Shown here piece after piece: positions 42,160 to 54,974 of a stretch of 64,000 nt of DNA (positions are counted from its first letter, which is position 1; each line of letters starts with the position of its first letter). Location of the stretch: assembly GCA_964016885.1 (NCBI GenBank), contig OZ024757.1, positions 42,346,001 through 42,410,000 of the forward strand, written 5' to 3'. Origin of the DNA: Eledone cirrhosa. Its lineage: Eukaryota. The translations under genes and the position numbers were made by a program. The notes beneath the pieces are model-generated. The model was not told the origin of the DNA and searched no databases. It was given only the letters and a program-made list of their open reading frames with translations.

Positions 42160-43326
42160 GTTTCTACTTTAGGCACAAGGCCAGAAATTTGAAGGGAAAG
42201 AGAAAGTCGATTAAATCGACCCCAGTGCATTACTGGTACTCTATTTTATAAAACCTGTAAGGATGAAAGACAAAGCTCTGGTGCACTACAACTCATCAAA
42301 GGTATAATTTTTTATTTGAGATTTTTATCAGCAGTAGATAACTTTTTAATTCCAATTACTTGAGCCAAGCTAACTTTAATATGTAAAATTGAGGCGTTGT
42401 GTATTCTAATTTTTTGTGTATTAGGGACCCCACTAACCTGAAATGCTCCGGGCCTCCCAAAGTCTAAATCCAATCCGAGTTTTTAGAAGTTGGCAGGTCT
42501 GCATTTTGTTTCCCCCATAAAATAACAAGTAGACCTTTAATGGAAGTAAATATTTTTTCAAGAGTTAGTTACTATTATCATTATAACAACCTAGTGGTGG
42601 ATTGCAGCATTATAACAACCTAGTGGTGGATTGCAGCAAAGAGTTACAGTCCTTTATGTTCTGAGTTCAAATCCCGCCGAAGTTAACTTTGCCTTTCATC
42701 CTTAAGGGGTTGATAAAATAAAATACCAGTAATACACTGGGATAATTGCTGGCCTTGTGCCAAAAGTAGAAACAATTATCCTTATAACGACCTAGAACTG
42801 GTACCATGATAGAATGCACCCAGTACACTCTGTAAAGTGGTTCTTTTTCTTGTGTATCGACAAGAATGTCAGTTACAAAGCTTGGCTAGATGTGGTTCCG
42901 CCACAGCTGAACACAATGCTGTCCTTTCTCATGAAACTCTGCTAAGTCCAATACTGTGCAGGGGTGTTCCAGCAGGGGGCGTATCAGGTGCTGTGTAGTC
43001 TGTGGTTCGATGTTGCGGCCAAACACAACGTCCCCATCCTTTAAATATCCCCATTTTGTAAAGTGGTAGCCCTAGTGCTACTAAATATAAGCCCAGTACA
43101 CTCTGTAAAATGGCTGATACGACAATAAAGTTTGGTGAGCACACCTTGCAAGATGGTTGGTGTTAAGAAGGACATCCTTAGAAACCATGCTAAATATGGA
43201 AAGTATGAGCAACATGAGGTCTCTGTGACCAGCTGACCAGTCTAGACCTGTGCAACCTATCCAACCCTTGTCACCTTGGAAGATGGATGTAAAATGATGA
43301 TGATGCTGATAATGATAATACACACA

Positions 43327-43400
<74 letters not shown>

Positions 43401-43432
43401 AATAATGGAGCTGCGGCGCTGCAAATGGGTTA

Positions 43433-43636
43433 CATATGAAAAAGTTTGTCCTCAACAGTGGCCTTCCAACCGTCGTTCCAACCATTTTGTTTGTTTACCC
43501 TAGCGTCCCCTTATTTACGTGTCCCAACGACTTTTTTTAGCCGTTGCTCGCACCAACCTGAGGTATATGGCCTTTAATGCGACGAAATGCCTACGACGGT
43601 TGGAAGGCCACTGATGAGGACAAACTTTTTCATATA
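43433..43636. repeat. fold-back element with ~42-bp inverted arms
   Basis: tatgaaaaagtttgtcctcaacagtggccttccaaccgtcgt / acgacggttggaaggccactgatgaggacaaactttttcata. Confidence 0.8.
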
Positions 43637-45237
43637 TATATATATATGATGATGATATATCCACAAACACTGAGTTACAGACACACACACACATATATAT
43701 ATGTATACACAAACACAGAGTTACAGATATACACACACACACATACATACATATATATATATATCATCATCATCATCGTTTAACGTCCATCTTACACACT
43801 AGTATGGGATATATATATGTATATATATATATACCCACAAACACATACAGTGTTAGTCACACACACACACCCACCAATTATTTTTACACATCACTACTAT
43901 CATCTTTATAATTTATTATCTTCGTCTTCTCTCATCTTTTACCTTTCATTTCACTTTCTATTCTGCTTTTTCTGAAATTATTTTTGATTAGTATCAATTC
44001 ATTAATTACAAATTAATGAAATAAAAACAAAATTTAAATTAAGCAATTAATGAAGTAAAAACAATTTGCAATCTAAATTTTGAATCTGAAGCTGAAAATT
44101 GGTTGGAAATAAAAAAAAAAATTGAAAAAAAAAATGAAAAGAACAAAAATCAATAAAATAAAGAGTTAAGATCTATGAAATACCCCCAACAAATTTCATT
44201 AACCTTTGTAAAGTGATTGGTGATTGGTTATTGAACACTGTCAATGTTGGATAGAGGAGAATCTTTAGTTGTGTCAAGGACATGACAATCTTTCTAGAAG
44301 TGGTGCCATGGTAGAATACACCCAGTAGACTCTGTAAAGTGGTTGGCAATTAAACATGTATAATATTGGACAGAGAGGGGGGAAATTTTAGAGGCATGAT
44401 AATCTTTCTAGAGCGAGTGTCATGATAAAATAGACCCAGTAGACTCTGTAAAGTCGTTGGTAATTAAACAATGTGTCCTTGACAAGATGGTTACAGCGAG
44501 ATTAGGAAGTCTGACCAATAGTTTTTGTGGTAGTTGACCACCACTTAAGGTTTCCTTGAAGAAGATCCGTCCGGGTTACAGAGTCATTTATATATATGTG
44601 TTTGTATGACGGCCGATTGATCAGGGATTTCGAGACTAGAAATGGGTAGTAACTTAACCACTACCATGCTAGTCGATACATTGATCTCCCATCGATCAAT
44701 CAACCCTCTGAAATGATTGTAAAACAATGAACTGATTAACAACCTACGTCTGACTTCTGTCATTTTGTCATTGTTCTATACACAAACACATACATATATA
44801 TATATACACACACACATACATATATAATTGAAACTAAGGAGAGCTAAGAAGATCAATGACATGATTATTTGGATAATTAATTTAGTGGAAGATTGATATA
44901 TTGAACACTATAGGCAATCAATTCTAATTTATCAAAATTTCTCTTGTGAGTTGGAAGCAGAAAACCCCCCCAAAAAACAACACCAAAAAACCCCTTGTGG
45001 GAATTATTAGCAACACCCACAGAGAAGAGGAGAGAATCTTAAGTAATTAAGAATAAAACTCTCAAGATAATTTACATGCTTAGGGAATTGACTGTTGGAA
45101 CAGCTATGAGCATGTGTTTTGGTCTATTTGGCTACATCAACACAGTACAGTCTACTCAAGGGTTTATTAATTGTTTTCATTAAAACATATATATCAGATG
45201 TACTTTAGAGTCTAATATGTAACACACGTAGGTTGGC

Positions 45238-45430
45238 TTAACCCTTTGGTATTTAAACCAGCCATATCTGGCCAGAATTCCCTCACCTCTTTCTGTTTAA
45301 ACTGGCTGTAACCAGCCACTCATACTGATGTTAAGGTATTGTTCTCAAAATCTCATAGATTTGATAACATATGGGATATTATGCAAGGTAAAGCCTTTAC
45401 CATGAAATTACATTAAATCTAGAGTAACCT
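45238..45430 (-). mobile_element. MITE P1, inverted copy
   Basis: TTAACCCTTT end and reverse complement of the P1 body. Confidence 0.7.
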
Positions 45431-45734
45431 TTGAAGTATAAACATTTGAATTAATAAACCAGTTTTTAGATATTTTCTGCTAAATATATTACAGGATGTT
45501 CAGAATTAAGAGAGATTATGGAATAAACCTTCTGCCACAAAAGTATCCTTCTGTTTTCGAAGAAACAAGACGTATGCATGAGTGTATACATGTGTGTGTA
45601 TGTGTGTGTGTGTATATGCATGTGTGTATGTATGCATGAGTGTATACATGTGTTATATATGTATGTGTATCTAAAAGGGAAAATGGATGTTAAATGATGA
45701 TGATGATGATATATATATATATATGACGCTCATA

Positions 45735-45975
45735 ATGATGATAGATGATGATGACAATGGCGATGATGATGATGATGATGATGGCAATGATGATGATGAT
45801 GATGGCAATGATGATGATGATGGCAATGATGATGATGATGATGATGATAATGATGACAATGATGATGATGATAATGATGATGACAATGATAATGATGATC
45901 GTGATGCTAGTGATGATAATGATGATTATGATGATGATAATGATGATGACGGTGATGATGATGATGATGATGATG
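45735..45975. repeat. (GAT/GAC/AAT)n microsatellite
   Basis: Seen directly. Confidence 0.95.
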
Positions 45976-46509
45976 TGTTTAGAAGCTGTCAAATTGCTTT
46001 TAGATAACTTCAAATTTTAATACATTCCGGAACAATCTTAATCCTTCCATTTCTGCGGCATTCTCTTTCTCTATTAAATATTTATTTTCATTTTAATACA
46101 AAACCACGTTTGGCAAAGATAAGACAGGGGTACCAGGTGGGAGGGGATGGAAGGGGACAGTCATTTTGGGGTGTTTAATTTAATAAAAATAGGGGGTACT
46201 CTGTATAAAATAGCAGGTGGGTGAGCAGACCCAGAAAATGAGGACAGGTATAAAAGGATAAATAAAAAGGGATGTAGAGTAAATGATACAGAGGAATTTT
46301 CAGCTTTTGAAGTGCTGAGAATATGTATATATCATCATCATCATCATCATCATCATCATCGTTTAACGTCCATATTCCACGCTTGCATGGGTTTGGACGG
46401 GAGTCTTGCTCGCATAGGACTGTCTGGCGGGTTTTCTACGGCTGAATGCCCTTCCTAACACCAACCACATTTACAGTGTGGAACTGGGAGGTTATATATA
46501 TATATATAT

Positions 46510-46745
46510 ATATAATAGATTAGAACTCAGCACACAATACTTAGCATATATATATATATATATTTACACACACACACATATATATATATATGCTAAGTAT
46601 TGTGTGCTGAGTCCTAATCTATTATTTATTCGTGGGTTGAGTCTACGTATGAGCAAGGCTTCCTTATTTCTTAAATTACCCACTTTTCTATCTCTAGCTT
46701 CAATACTGACAGTGATATGCTGGTTGATATTTCTACATTTGTCAA
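46510..46745 (-). mobile_element. Penelope-like GIY-YIG C-terminal fragment with inverted terminal duplication
   Basis: HITVSIEARDRKVGNLRNKEALLIRRLNPRIN; 46511-46546 is an inverted copy of 46590-46626. Confidence 0.6.
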
Positions 46746-46824
46746 TATATATATACATATGCATAGATGTATATATATACGTATAAAGAAAGTGCTCAAG
46801 CACAAAAATACTATAAAGATAGCT

Positions 46825-47020
46825 TATATAATAAAATAGGGTGAACACTATTAAAAACCGGGAGAAGAAGTTGCCATTGGCTGCTATGAGGAATTGACCC
46901 CCATATCTTCCAGATACCATTCTAGCTGATATCTAGAAGATATGGGTTCAGTTCCTCATAGCAGCCAATGGTAACCTCTTTTTCTGTCTTTTAAGGGTCT
47001 GCACCCTATTTTATAAGCTA
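46825..47020. repeat. imperfect fold-back element (~90-bp arms)
   Basis: aatagggtg..gttgccattggctgctatgaggaa..ccatatcttc / gaagatatggg..ttcctcatagcagccaatggtaac..caccctatt. Confidence 0.75.
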
Positions 47021-47085
47021 TTTTATAAAGATATGCTAAAAATGGCCCCCTAACATCTTTTGGAGTTATGGCAACAATCAATCAA

Positions 47086-47153
<68 letters not shown>

Positions 47154-47293
47154 CAATATGAAATATATATAATTTTCCTAATTAACAGTGTCTGTAACAA
47201 CCAGCAAACTCTGGTTCAGACTACCCAGACATAGTAGTAGTAGTAGTAGTAGTTGTAATAGTAGTAGTAGTAGTAGTAGTTGTTGTTGTAATA

Positions 47294-47326
<33 letters not shown>

Positions 47327-47529
47327 GTAACAACAATAATAATAATAGTAATACCCATGATGACGATGATGATGACGGTGGTAATGATGACGATGATAAT
47401 GATGATGAACTTGCTAGCAACAAGTCGGTGTTTTATTGATAGAAGGAAATCTTGTTTCTGGTCAGTGTAAAAAATAAAAAATTCTGGCATATAAGATTTC
47501 AAAATAGTACAAACGAAACAACAATACCA

Positions 47530-47543
47530 GTTGCCATGGAAAC
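47530..47543. promoter_or_regulatory. RFX X-box motif
   Basis: GTTGCCATGGAAAC fits the X-box consensus GTNRCC-AT-RGNAAC; located in non-repetitive intron sequence. Confidence 0.4.
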
Positions 47544-48018
47544 TTCATAGCTAAGAGGGAGAGAACGGGGTGGGGGACGGGTGAGATGGAGACAAACAAA
47601 TATGTATATTTTGGCTGAGTGAGGGGAGGTGGGGGTGTCTACAAGAGAGGGTGGAGGGAGTCTGGGTTAACCATTTGTCATAAGACAACTTTTTCTAACA
47701 AAAATTCTGCTACTTTTTTTATAGAAGCTATTTTTGAGTTGATATCAAAAAAGGGTTAATTTAAGTACTTTTGTCGGGTCCCAAATAATGGGGGAGGGGG
47801 GGAATAATTGGAATGGGGATATTTGCTTAGATTATTATAAGCAGCAGGGTTTGGGAAATTGGTAAATGCAAAAAAGGGTTTAGTACTATCGTCAGGTCCC
47901 AAATAGTAGGGGGGGAGAGGTAAACAGAGGGAGCATGGAAATCGGTAATTGTATAGTGTACGTTCGTAAATATGAGATTTCTTGTAATGTTCGTTTTTTT
48001 GTCATATATATTGTTTTT

Positions 48019-48236
48019 TTAACCCCTTACCATTTACATAACTCTATATTTACTATTATATTTTCACAGTAAAGGCTTTACCTCACATAATATCAAATCT
48101 ATGAGATTTTGATATTATTTATTTTGAGAACAATACCTTAACATTAGTATGAGTGGCTGGTCATGGCCAGTTTGAACAAAAAGATAGGTGAGAGAATTCT
48201 GGCCAGATACGGCCGATTTGAATGCTAAGGGGTTAA
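48019..48236 (+). mobile_element. piggyBac-type MITE family P1, complete 218-bp copy
   Basis: TTAA CCCCTTA ... TAAGGGG TTAA. Confidence 0.8.
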
Positions 48237-48475
48237 TTTAAAATAAAATTATTATTAGATTCTCCAGCTGCTGTATCAATATGAATCACTTACAATAACA
48301 TTTCATTGGAGATAGATTAGCATAATTTAATAAGCAAGGGGTGGCGGAGACGATTACTCAAGACCTGAGAGTATGTAGGCACTTACTTCTATTACTACAT
48401 ACAGATGACGACTCTAGGTAAATATTCTCTCTCTCGGCCATTATGTTTAGTGTAAATAACAAGTTTAATACTTAC

Positions 48476-48562
48476 TAGTAATGGTAATACAATTGTCCAA
48501 TTTTGGAAGCAATTTCACCTATTTGCCATCGCTTCAACCCATATTTGGTATCAAGGACTTGT
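48476..48562 (-). CDS. SCAI: SCAI coding exon (QVLDTKYGLKRWQIGEIASKIGQLYYHY)
   Basis: 87 nt, ttcttcag / gtaagt, phase 2-2; matches SCAI QVLDNRYGLKRWQIGEIASKIGQLYYHY. Upstream exons were not found in the window. Confidence 0.96.
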
Positions 48563-49454
48563 CTGAAGAAAAACAAAGAACAATTTTAGTATTTCAACAC
48601 AATACAAAATACATATTATATAGAGTACCCCATGACATATGGGTACTACTAGGTACTGTACACATATTATATAGAGTACCTCAGAACTTACAGACAATAA
48701 CACTACTAGGTACAGATAGATAGATAGATAGACTGATATATCATCATCATCATCATCATCACCGTTTTACGTCCGTTCTTCCACGCTAGCATGGGTTAGA
48801 TGGGTTGTCCTGTTGAGGGCAGTGTCCGGTCGGCTGACCATGCCTTGCTCATACGGGAACTGATTCTGGCTTGATTTCTACAGCTGGATGCCCTTCCTAA
48901 CACCAACCTCATTATGTATATATATATATATATACATAGAGAGAGAGGGGGGAGAATAGAGAGAATAATGTAAGATTGGTGGTGGAATAAGATTTAAGAC
49001 CAGAAATAACTCCAGAATGATAGAAAATCCTGAAAACAGTTGGAACAGGGGGGGGGGGGGGGCAACAACAATAAAAACAATAGCAACAACAACAACAGGA
49101 ACAACAACAGCAACAACAACAACAACAACAGGAACAACAACAGCAACAACAACAAATGTAAAGAATGAGGAGAAAGCCATTTCCTAAAAATACATTGCAT
49201 GAAATACTAAAATAAAACAAAAAAAAACGAGAAGAAATCACCATTGAAAAATCATTGTAGTAGATAGAGGAGGGGTGGTGGTGGTGGTGATGAAGACGGT
49301 GATGATGATGGTGATGGTTGTAATAATGATGGTGGTGGTTGTGGTGATGATGATGGTTGTGATAATGATGATGGTGGTGGTGGTGGTGACGATGAGGAGG
49401 GAGGAGGTGGAAAAGTTGTGTGTGATGTGAGGATCTGAAGTATTAGTTTCTTAC

Positions 49455-49577
49455 CGATATCTACTGAAGTGGAGAGAAGAAGAATATATTCATCTGTGGA
49501 GAATAAGCTCTCCTTCCCATCCACAACCTCCCCTGCCACTTCCCATGACTTTATAAACCGAAAAATATTGAGGAGTT
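49455..49577 (-). other. candidate 123-nt cryptic/poison exon in SCAI intron
   Basis: tttcttctgtcatag acceptor and tcg|gtaaga donor; in-frame TGA when read in the phase-2 SCAI frame. Confidence 0.3.
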
Positions 49578-49930
49578 CTATGACAGAAGAAACACACACT
49601 CTCTCTTTCTCTCTCTCTTACACATGCATACATACACACACACACGCATACACACACACACGCATGAAACACACACGCATACACACACACACGCATGCAC
49701 ACACACGCATGCTCACACACGCATGCACACACAGATATAAAGAAATATATTGATAGATGTATAGATATGTAGATAGATATCTTTCTTAGTATATATAAAT
49801 AAATAAATATATATATATATATATATACATACACATATATAGATATATGTATGTGTATGTATATGAATATATCTACATATATCTATGTATATATATATAA
49901 CTATATCTATATATATATATATATGTGTAC

Positions 49931-49961
<31 letters not shown>

Positions 49962-50238
49962 TATATAGATATATGTATGTGTATGTATATGAATATATCT
50001 ACATATATCTATGTATATATATATAACTATATCTATATATATATATGTGTACATATATATATATATACACACACATATATAGATATATGTATGTAAGTTT
50101 GTATATATATATGTATACAAACGTACATTGGTGTGTGTGTATATATATACTGTAGTATAAGTTTGGTAGAAATATCCAAGGGTAAGAGTACTCAGTCCAT
50201 AGGACTAGTTAAGTATAATTAGTTACAACAATGACATA

Positions 50239-50290
50239 TACAGGTACTTAAGTTTCGTTGGTTTATACACCCCAACTCATTCAGCCTGTA
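50239..50290 (-). ncRNA. hammerhead ribozyme motif with a one-base core insertion
   Basis: TACAGG CTGAATGA GTTGG-GGTGTATAAA-CCAAC GAAAC-TTAA-GTA CCTGTA: 6-bp stem I, 5-bp stem II, palindromic stem III, GUA site. Confidence 0.7.
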
Positions 50291-50668
50291 ATACAAAAAA
50301 ACATGGCTACTCCCAAAAACATGGCTACTCCCACAGTTGATTGGAGTATTTTAGAAAAATAACAAGAGCTCTTCAAGGGCAGGTCATTTCAAAATTGTGT
50401 TCAGTTTATTTTGATTAATTATGTTAGATGTATTATTAAATTTTGTGTTTTAACTCTGTTATGTTAATATCTATGAAAAACACTTTTGAATAAATTTTTG
50501 AATTTATCATACAAAGTATGCCAACGTATTTATATATTCTTTTAAATGTACCATGAGTAAAAAAAACTTTTGGGAACCTCTCTACTCTCTGCAGCCAGAT
50601 GAGGCAAATAGGCCGAAACTAAGGAGTCACTTGCACTTTTCTCTCCATAAAAAAATATGTCATATATA

Positions 50669-51128
50669 CAGGGTGTCCCCCAAAAATATATACATAACAA
50701 CATCTTTAAAAAATGCATTAATATAAATTCTGTTGTATATGCATTATTTAAATTATGTAAATTCTGTTGTATATGCATTATTTAAATTATGTAGGGCGGT
50801 GGATTGGCAGTATCAGTAGAGAGTCGGACGCCATGCTTTCCAGCATAGTTACGTCCCTTTACGATCTGAGTTCAAATCCCGCCGAGGTTCACTTTGCCTT
50901 TCATCCTTACGGGGTCGGTAAAATAAAGTACCAGTAATGCACTGGATAATTGCTGGCCTTGTGCCTAAAGTAGAAACAATTATTTAAATTATGTAAACAT
51001 TTTTGGGTGTTTACATACAATTGAATTAAGTCTGGAGATCTTTTTATCTTTGGGTAAGGTTGTGTATTTTAATAAATATTACCTGTACAGGTAATCAAAG
51101 TATGTATATATTTTGGGGGGACACCCTG
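50669..51128. mobile_element. Tc1/mariner-type MITE with nested full-length SINE A (50794-50979)
   Basis: TA|CAGGGTGTCCCCC...GGGGGACACCCTG|TA; the SINE is flanked by a 16-bp TSD ttatttaaattatgta. Confidence 0.85.
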
Positions 51129-51825
51129 TATATATTTATAAGTACAAAACTTCACTAGATATTTGTCAACCCAAGGCTGTATGATAGGAGCTGATTGCCT
51201 AAGGGGACACGTGTCAGTGTGAAGCAAATTTTGTAATGTCACGTGTGTGTGTGTCTGTGTTTCTGTGTATATGTGTATATGTGTATGTGTGTATATGGTG
51301 TGTGTATGTGTATATATGGTGTGTGTCTGTGTGTATATGTGTATATGTGTATGTGTCTGTGTGTGTGTATATGTGTATGTGTCTGTGTGTGTATATATAT
51401 GTGTGTGTCATATAAACTAATAGAAATCAATAGAAATCCATAGAAACAGGGATAACTTCCAGAATTCTCCGAGGGAAGGATTACATATTATGTGGGGGAG
51501 TGAAGGATGTGACAAAATAGGGGGAGGTGGTGGTGGTGGTGAGAGGTAGTGGTAGTGGTGGTGGTGGTGAGAGGTAGTGGTAGTGGTGGTGGTGGTGGTG
51601 GTGGTGGAGGTGAGAGGCAGTGGTGGTGGTAGTGGTAGTGGTGGTGGAAGTGAGAGGTAGTGGTGGGGAAGGTGGTGGAGGAAATCAGTATGTCATGCGG
51701 AACAGCAGCAGAGAAGAGAGACAAGACATGTGTTGACGGAGCAGAAAGATGGAGGGATTATTTTACAAACACACTTTTAATATGTTTATGTGTGTGTACC
51801 TATATATATATATATATATATATTT

Positions 51826-52074
51826 ATATGGACATGTGATGCGAATGAAGGATGACCGATGGGTGAAGAAGTGCCAGGAAATGCCAGTTGAAGGAAGACG
51901 TGGTAGAGGTAGACCACGAAAAACATGGGCGGAGGTGGTGAGAACAGACCTCAGATCATTGAAGCTCACGGTGGAGATGACGAGGGACCGTGACGAGTGG
52001 AGAGATGCTGTGCTGAATAAGACCCGTCCCACCCTTGCAAGCAGGGAAAAGCGGACGTAAAATGATGATGATGA

Positions 52075-52077
<3 letters not shown>
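51826..52077 (+). mobile_element. RTE family R2 3' fragment
   Basis: YGHVMRMKDDRW...[13 protein letters not shown]...; near-identical inverted copy of 5797-6040. Confidence 0.9.
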
Positions 52078-52121
<44 letters not shown>

Positions 52122-52162
52122 ATATTAAATAAATGGAAACTATATTTATAAAACCATATTTA

Positions 52163-52224
52163 TTTCATTATATATATTTCAGGGATATCATATTAACAAT
52201 ATGCTATGCCTTCCTCAGACAAAA
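52163..52224 (-). ncRNA. minimal hammerhead ribozyme motif
   Basis: TTTTGT CTGAGGA AGGCATAGCATATT-GTT-AATATGATATCCCT GAAA-TATATA-TA ATGAAA. Confidence 0.6.
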
Positions 52225-52437
52225 TACAATATAAACAGTTTTATAGATAAATAGATTCGACATACCGTAACAACATCGACTTGTATTTGAAAAGGTTGAT
52301 TTGGCAGTGTAAATATTGTAAATATACTCCAAATATTTGTCGAGTGCTTTTATATCAGTTATAAATATTTACTAGTTGTAACCCAACAATTTAAATATAA
52401 CTTTCCATATATATTTATATATATATTTATATTTATA

Positions 52438-52516
<79 letters not shown>

Positions 52517-52830
52517 GCACATAAACAATTTTGTGAAATATGAGAAGTTAGAAGTTCATTTGATAAGAATTAAGAATAAAATGTTAATTGGTGATAGAAT
52601 TACATTAAATAAAAATATATTGAAACATTATATATACACTCATGTGTATATATTGAAATGTCATATATACTTGTGTGTATATATATATATGGAAATATCA
52701 TGTATGCACACGTGTGAAAATATGTGCACACTCACTTATGAAAGTATGTACAAACTTACACCCGTGGAAACACTGCCCCACCATATACTGTACACAAACA
52801 CCATACATATACACACACATATATATATAC

Positions 52831-52867
<37 letters not shown>

Positions 52868-53599
52868 CAAGCATACACACGACATACATACACATAAATA
52901 CACTCATACACCACACACGTACACACGTATATATATACATACATATACACACATACGACACACACGTATATATATATATATATATATATATACGTACATA
53001 CCTCACATACAACACACACACATATGACACACATACACACCACACATATACACACATAAATATATATATATTTACAAGCATACACGTCATACAAATAAAT
53101 ATACACACACACATATATATATATATGTGTGTGTGTTGTATGTGTGTACGTGTGTGTTGTATGTGAGTATGTATGTATATATATATATACATACATACTC
53201 ACATACAACACACACACATACAACACACACACGTACACACACATATATATATACATACATATACATACATACTCACATACAACACACACACATGCAACAT
53301 ACACACATACAACATACACACATACAACACACACACATACAACACACACGTACACACACACATATATATACATATACACAGTTCTCAATTCCAAGTTTGT
53401 ACTTCAATAAAATCTCACATCTTAGGAGATTAGTTTAGAATTACAAAAGCATTAATTATTTTTCTTAATGGTGACTTTGAGGGAACGAAGAAATGAAAGG
53501 AGCTGGTGTCAACTGTCTGGGAGTTGTTGTGGAATGGTGTTTAGTTATTTAGAACTGTGGGAGGGGGTGATAGAGTGGAGTGTGTGTGTATATATATAT

Positions 53600-53659
<60 letters not shown>

Positions 53660-53809
53660 AAAAAGATGAAATCGAAAATGCAACTGGAGTCTTATTTTTA
53701 AAAAAATATATATATTTATTTGGTTCCTTTACCGGTTTCGCAGTTCTTCTGCTTTTCAAAAGTAGAGTTGAGATGGAGGGTCTGTGGTTTTTATATATAT
53801 ATATATGTA

Positions 53810-54312
53810 TATTTATTAAAATAACAGATTAAAGTTTAAGCAAAGAATCGCTGCTTTCACCCTTAACGGGATCTTCTGAAACTAACAAAGTCAATCTGTA
53901 AACGCAGAACTGGATATTTCAAAAAACGTTGCAACCGGAGGAAGACGATACTTTGGTTCGTGGAAACGTTCGCTGGCAAAGAACGGGAAAAAACGAATAA
54001 TACGTCATTAATAGGAGCGGTGAAAAACAATTACGCGCAAAGACAGAACCACGTTTATGGTATAAAAGAGGTTGTAGACTAATGTTCTCTTAGGTGGTGC
54101 ATAGAGACGTTCTCTGGCAATGAACGAAAAAACGAAGATAATAAGTCATATGTGGAGCGTGGAGAACAATAGCACGCAAAGACAAAACCACGTAAATGGT
54201 ATAGCAGAAGTCGTAGACTAAAATTCTAACTAGGAGACCGAATGAATCTCCGCTAGGAACAAGTGGGACCCCGACGGCTGAGCTCAAGCCGTTTCGACGG
54301 CTAATTCTGGAC
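53810..54312 (-). mobile_element. Helitron-related 5' fragment
   Basis: 53810-53970 is the reverse complement of 2845-2955 and 40800-40880. Confidence 0.65.
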
Positions 54313-54348
54313 ATATATATATATGTATATATATATATATGTGTGTGT

Positions 54349-54396
<48 letters not shown>

Positions 54397-54809
54397 CAAG
54401 AGAGAGAGAGATAGAGAGAGATGCAGATAGATATAGATAGGTACATCTATGTAGGTAGATAGACAGGTATATACAGATAGATAGATAGATAGAGATAAAT
54501 AAATAATTGTTTCTACTTTTGGCACAAGGCCAGTAATTATCTCAGTGTATTACTGGTACTTTATTTTATCGACCCCCGTAAGGATGAAAGGCAAAGTTAA
54601 CCTCGGAGGAAATAAATAATGACACATAGAGTTAAGGATATATATATAAATTTTGAGTATATGTTGGTTGTGTACCAACACCTCAGTATGCAGGTTGGAG
54701 CACTCGACGAAGTGAAATAACAACCCAACCAGGAACTGGGCATATCAGAGTATTGACAAAGTTATACACCTCAACAACATGTGTACTCGTCTCTACCACA
54801 CTAATTCGG

Positions 54810-54864
54810 ACTGCCTGAAGAGGTCACATCCAAAGATGGCTGTCACTGAAATATATATAGCAGT
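54810..54864 (+). ncRNA. minimal hammerhead ribozyme motif
   Basis: ACTGC CTGAAGA GGTCAC..ATC-CAAA-GAT..GTCACT GAAA-TATATA-TA GCAGT. Confidence 0.65.
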
Positions 54865-54974
54865 AATAAACAAAGCCAAATTTTAAACATTTGACTTATT
54901 TATTTTATTTTATTTTATATATATATATATATTTATATACAGGCAGATAGATAGATAGATAGATAGATGGGTAT

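Noticed and set aside
43610-43630. CTGATGAGGAC as a hammerhead core
   Set aside because: No closing stem II or GAAA box follows.
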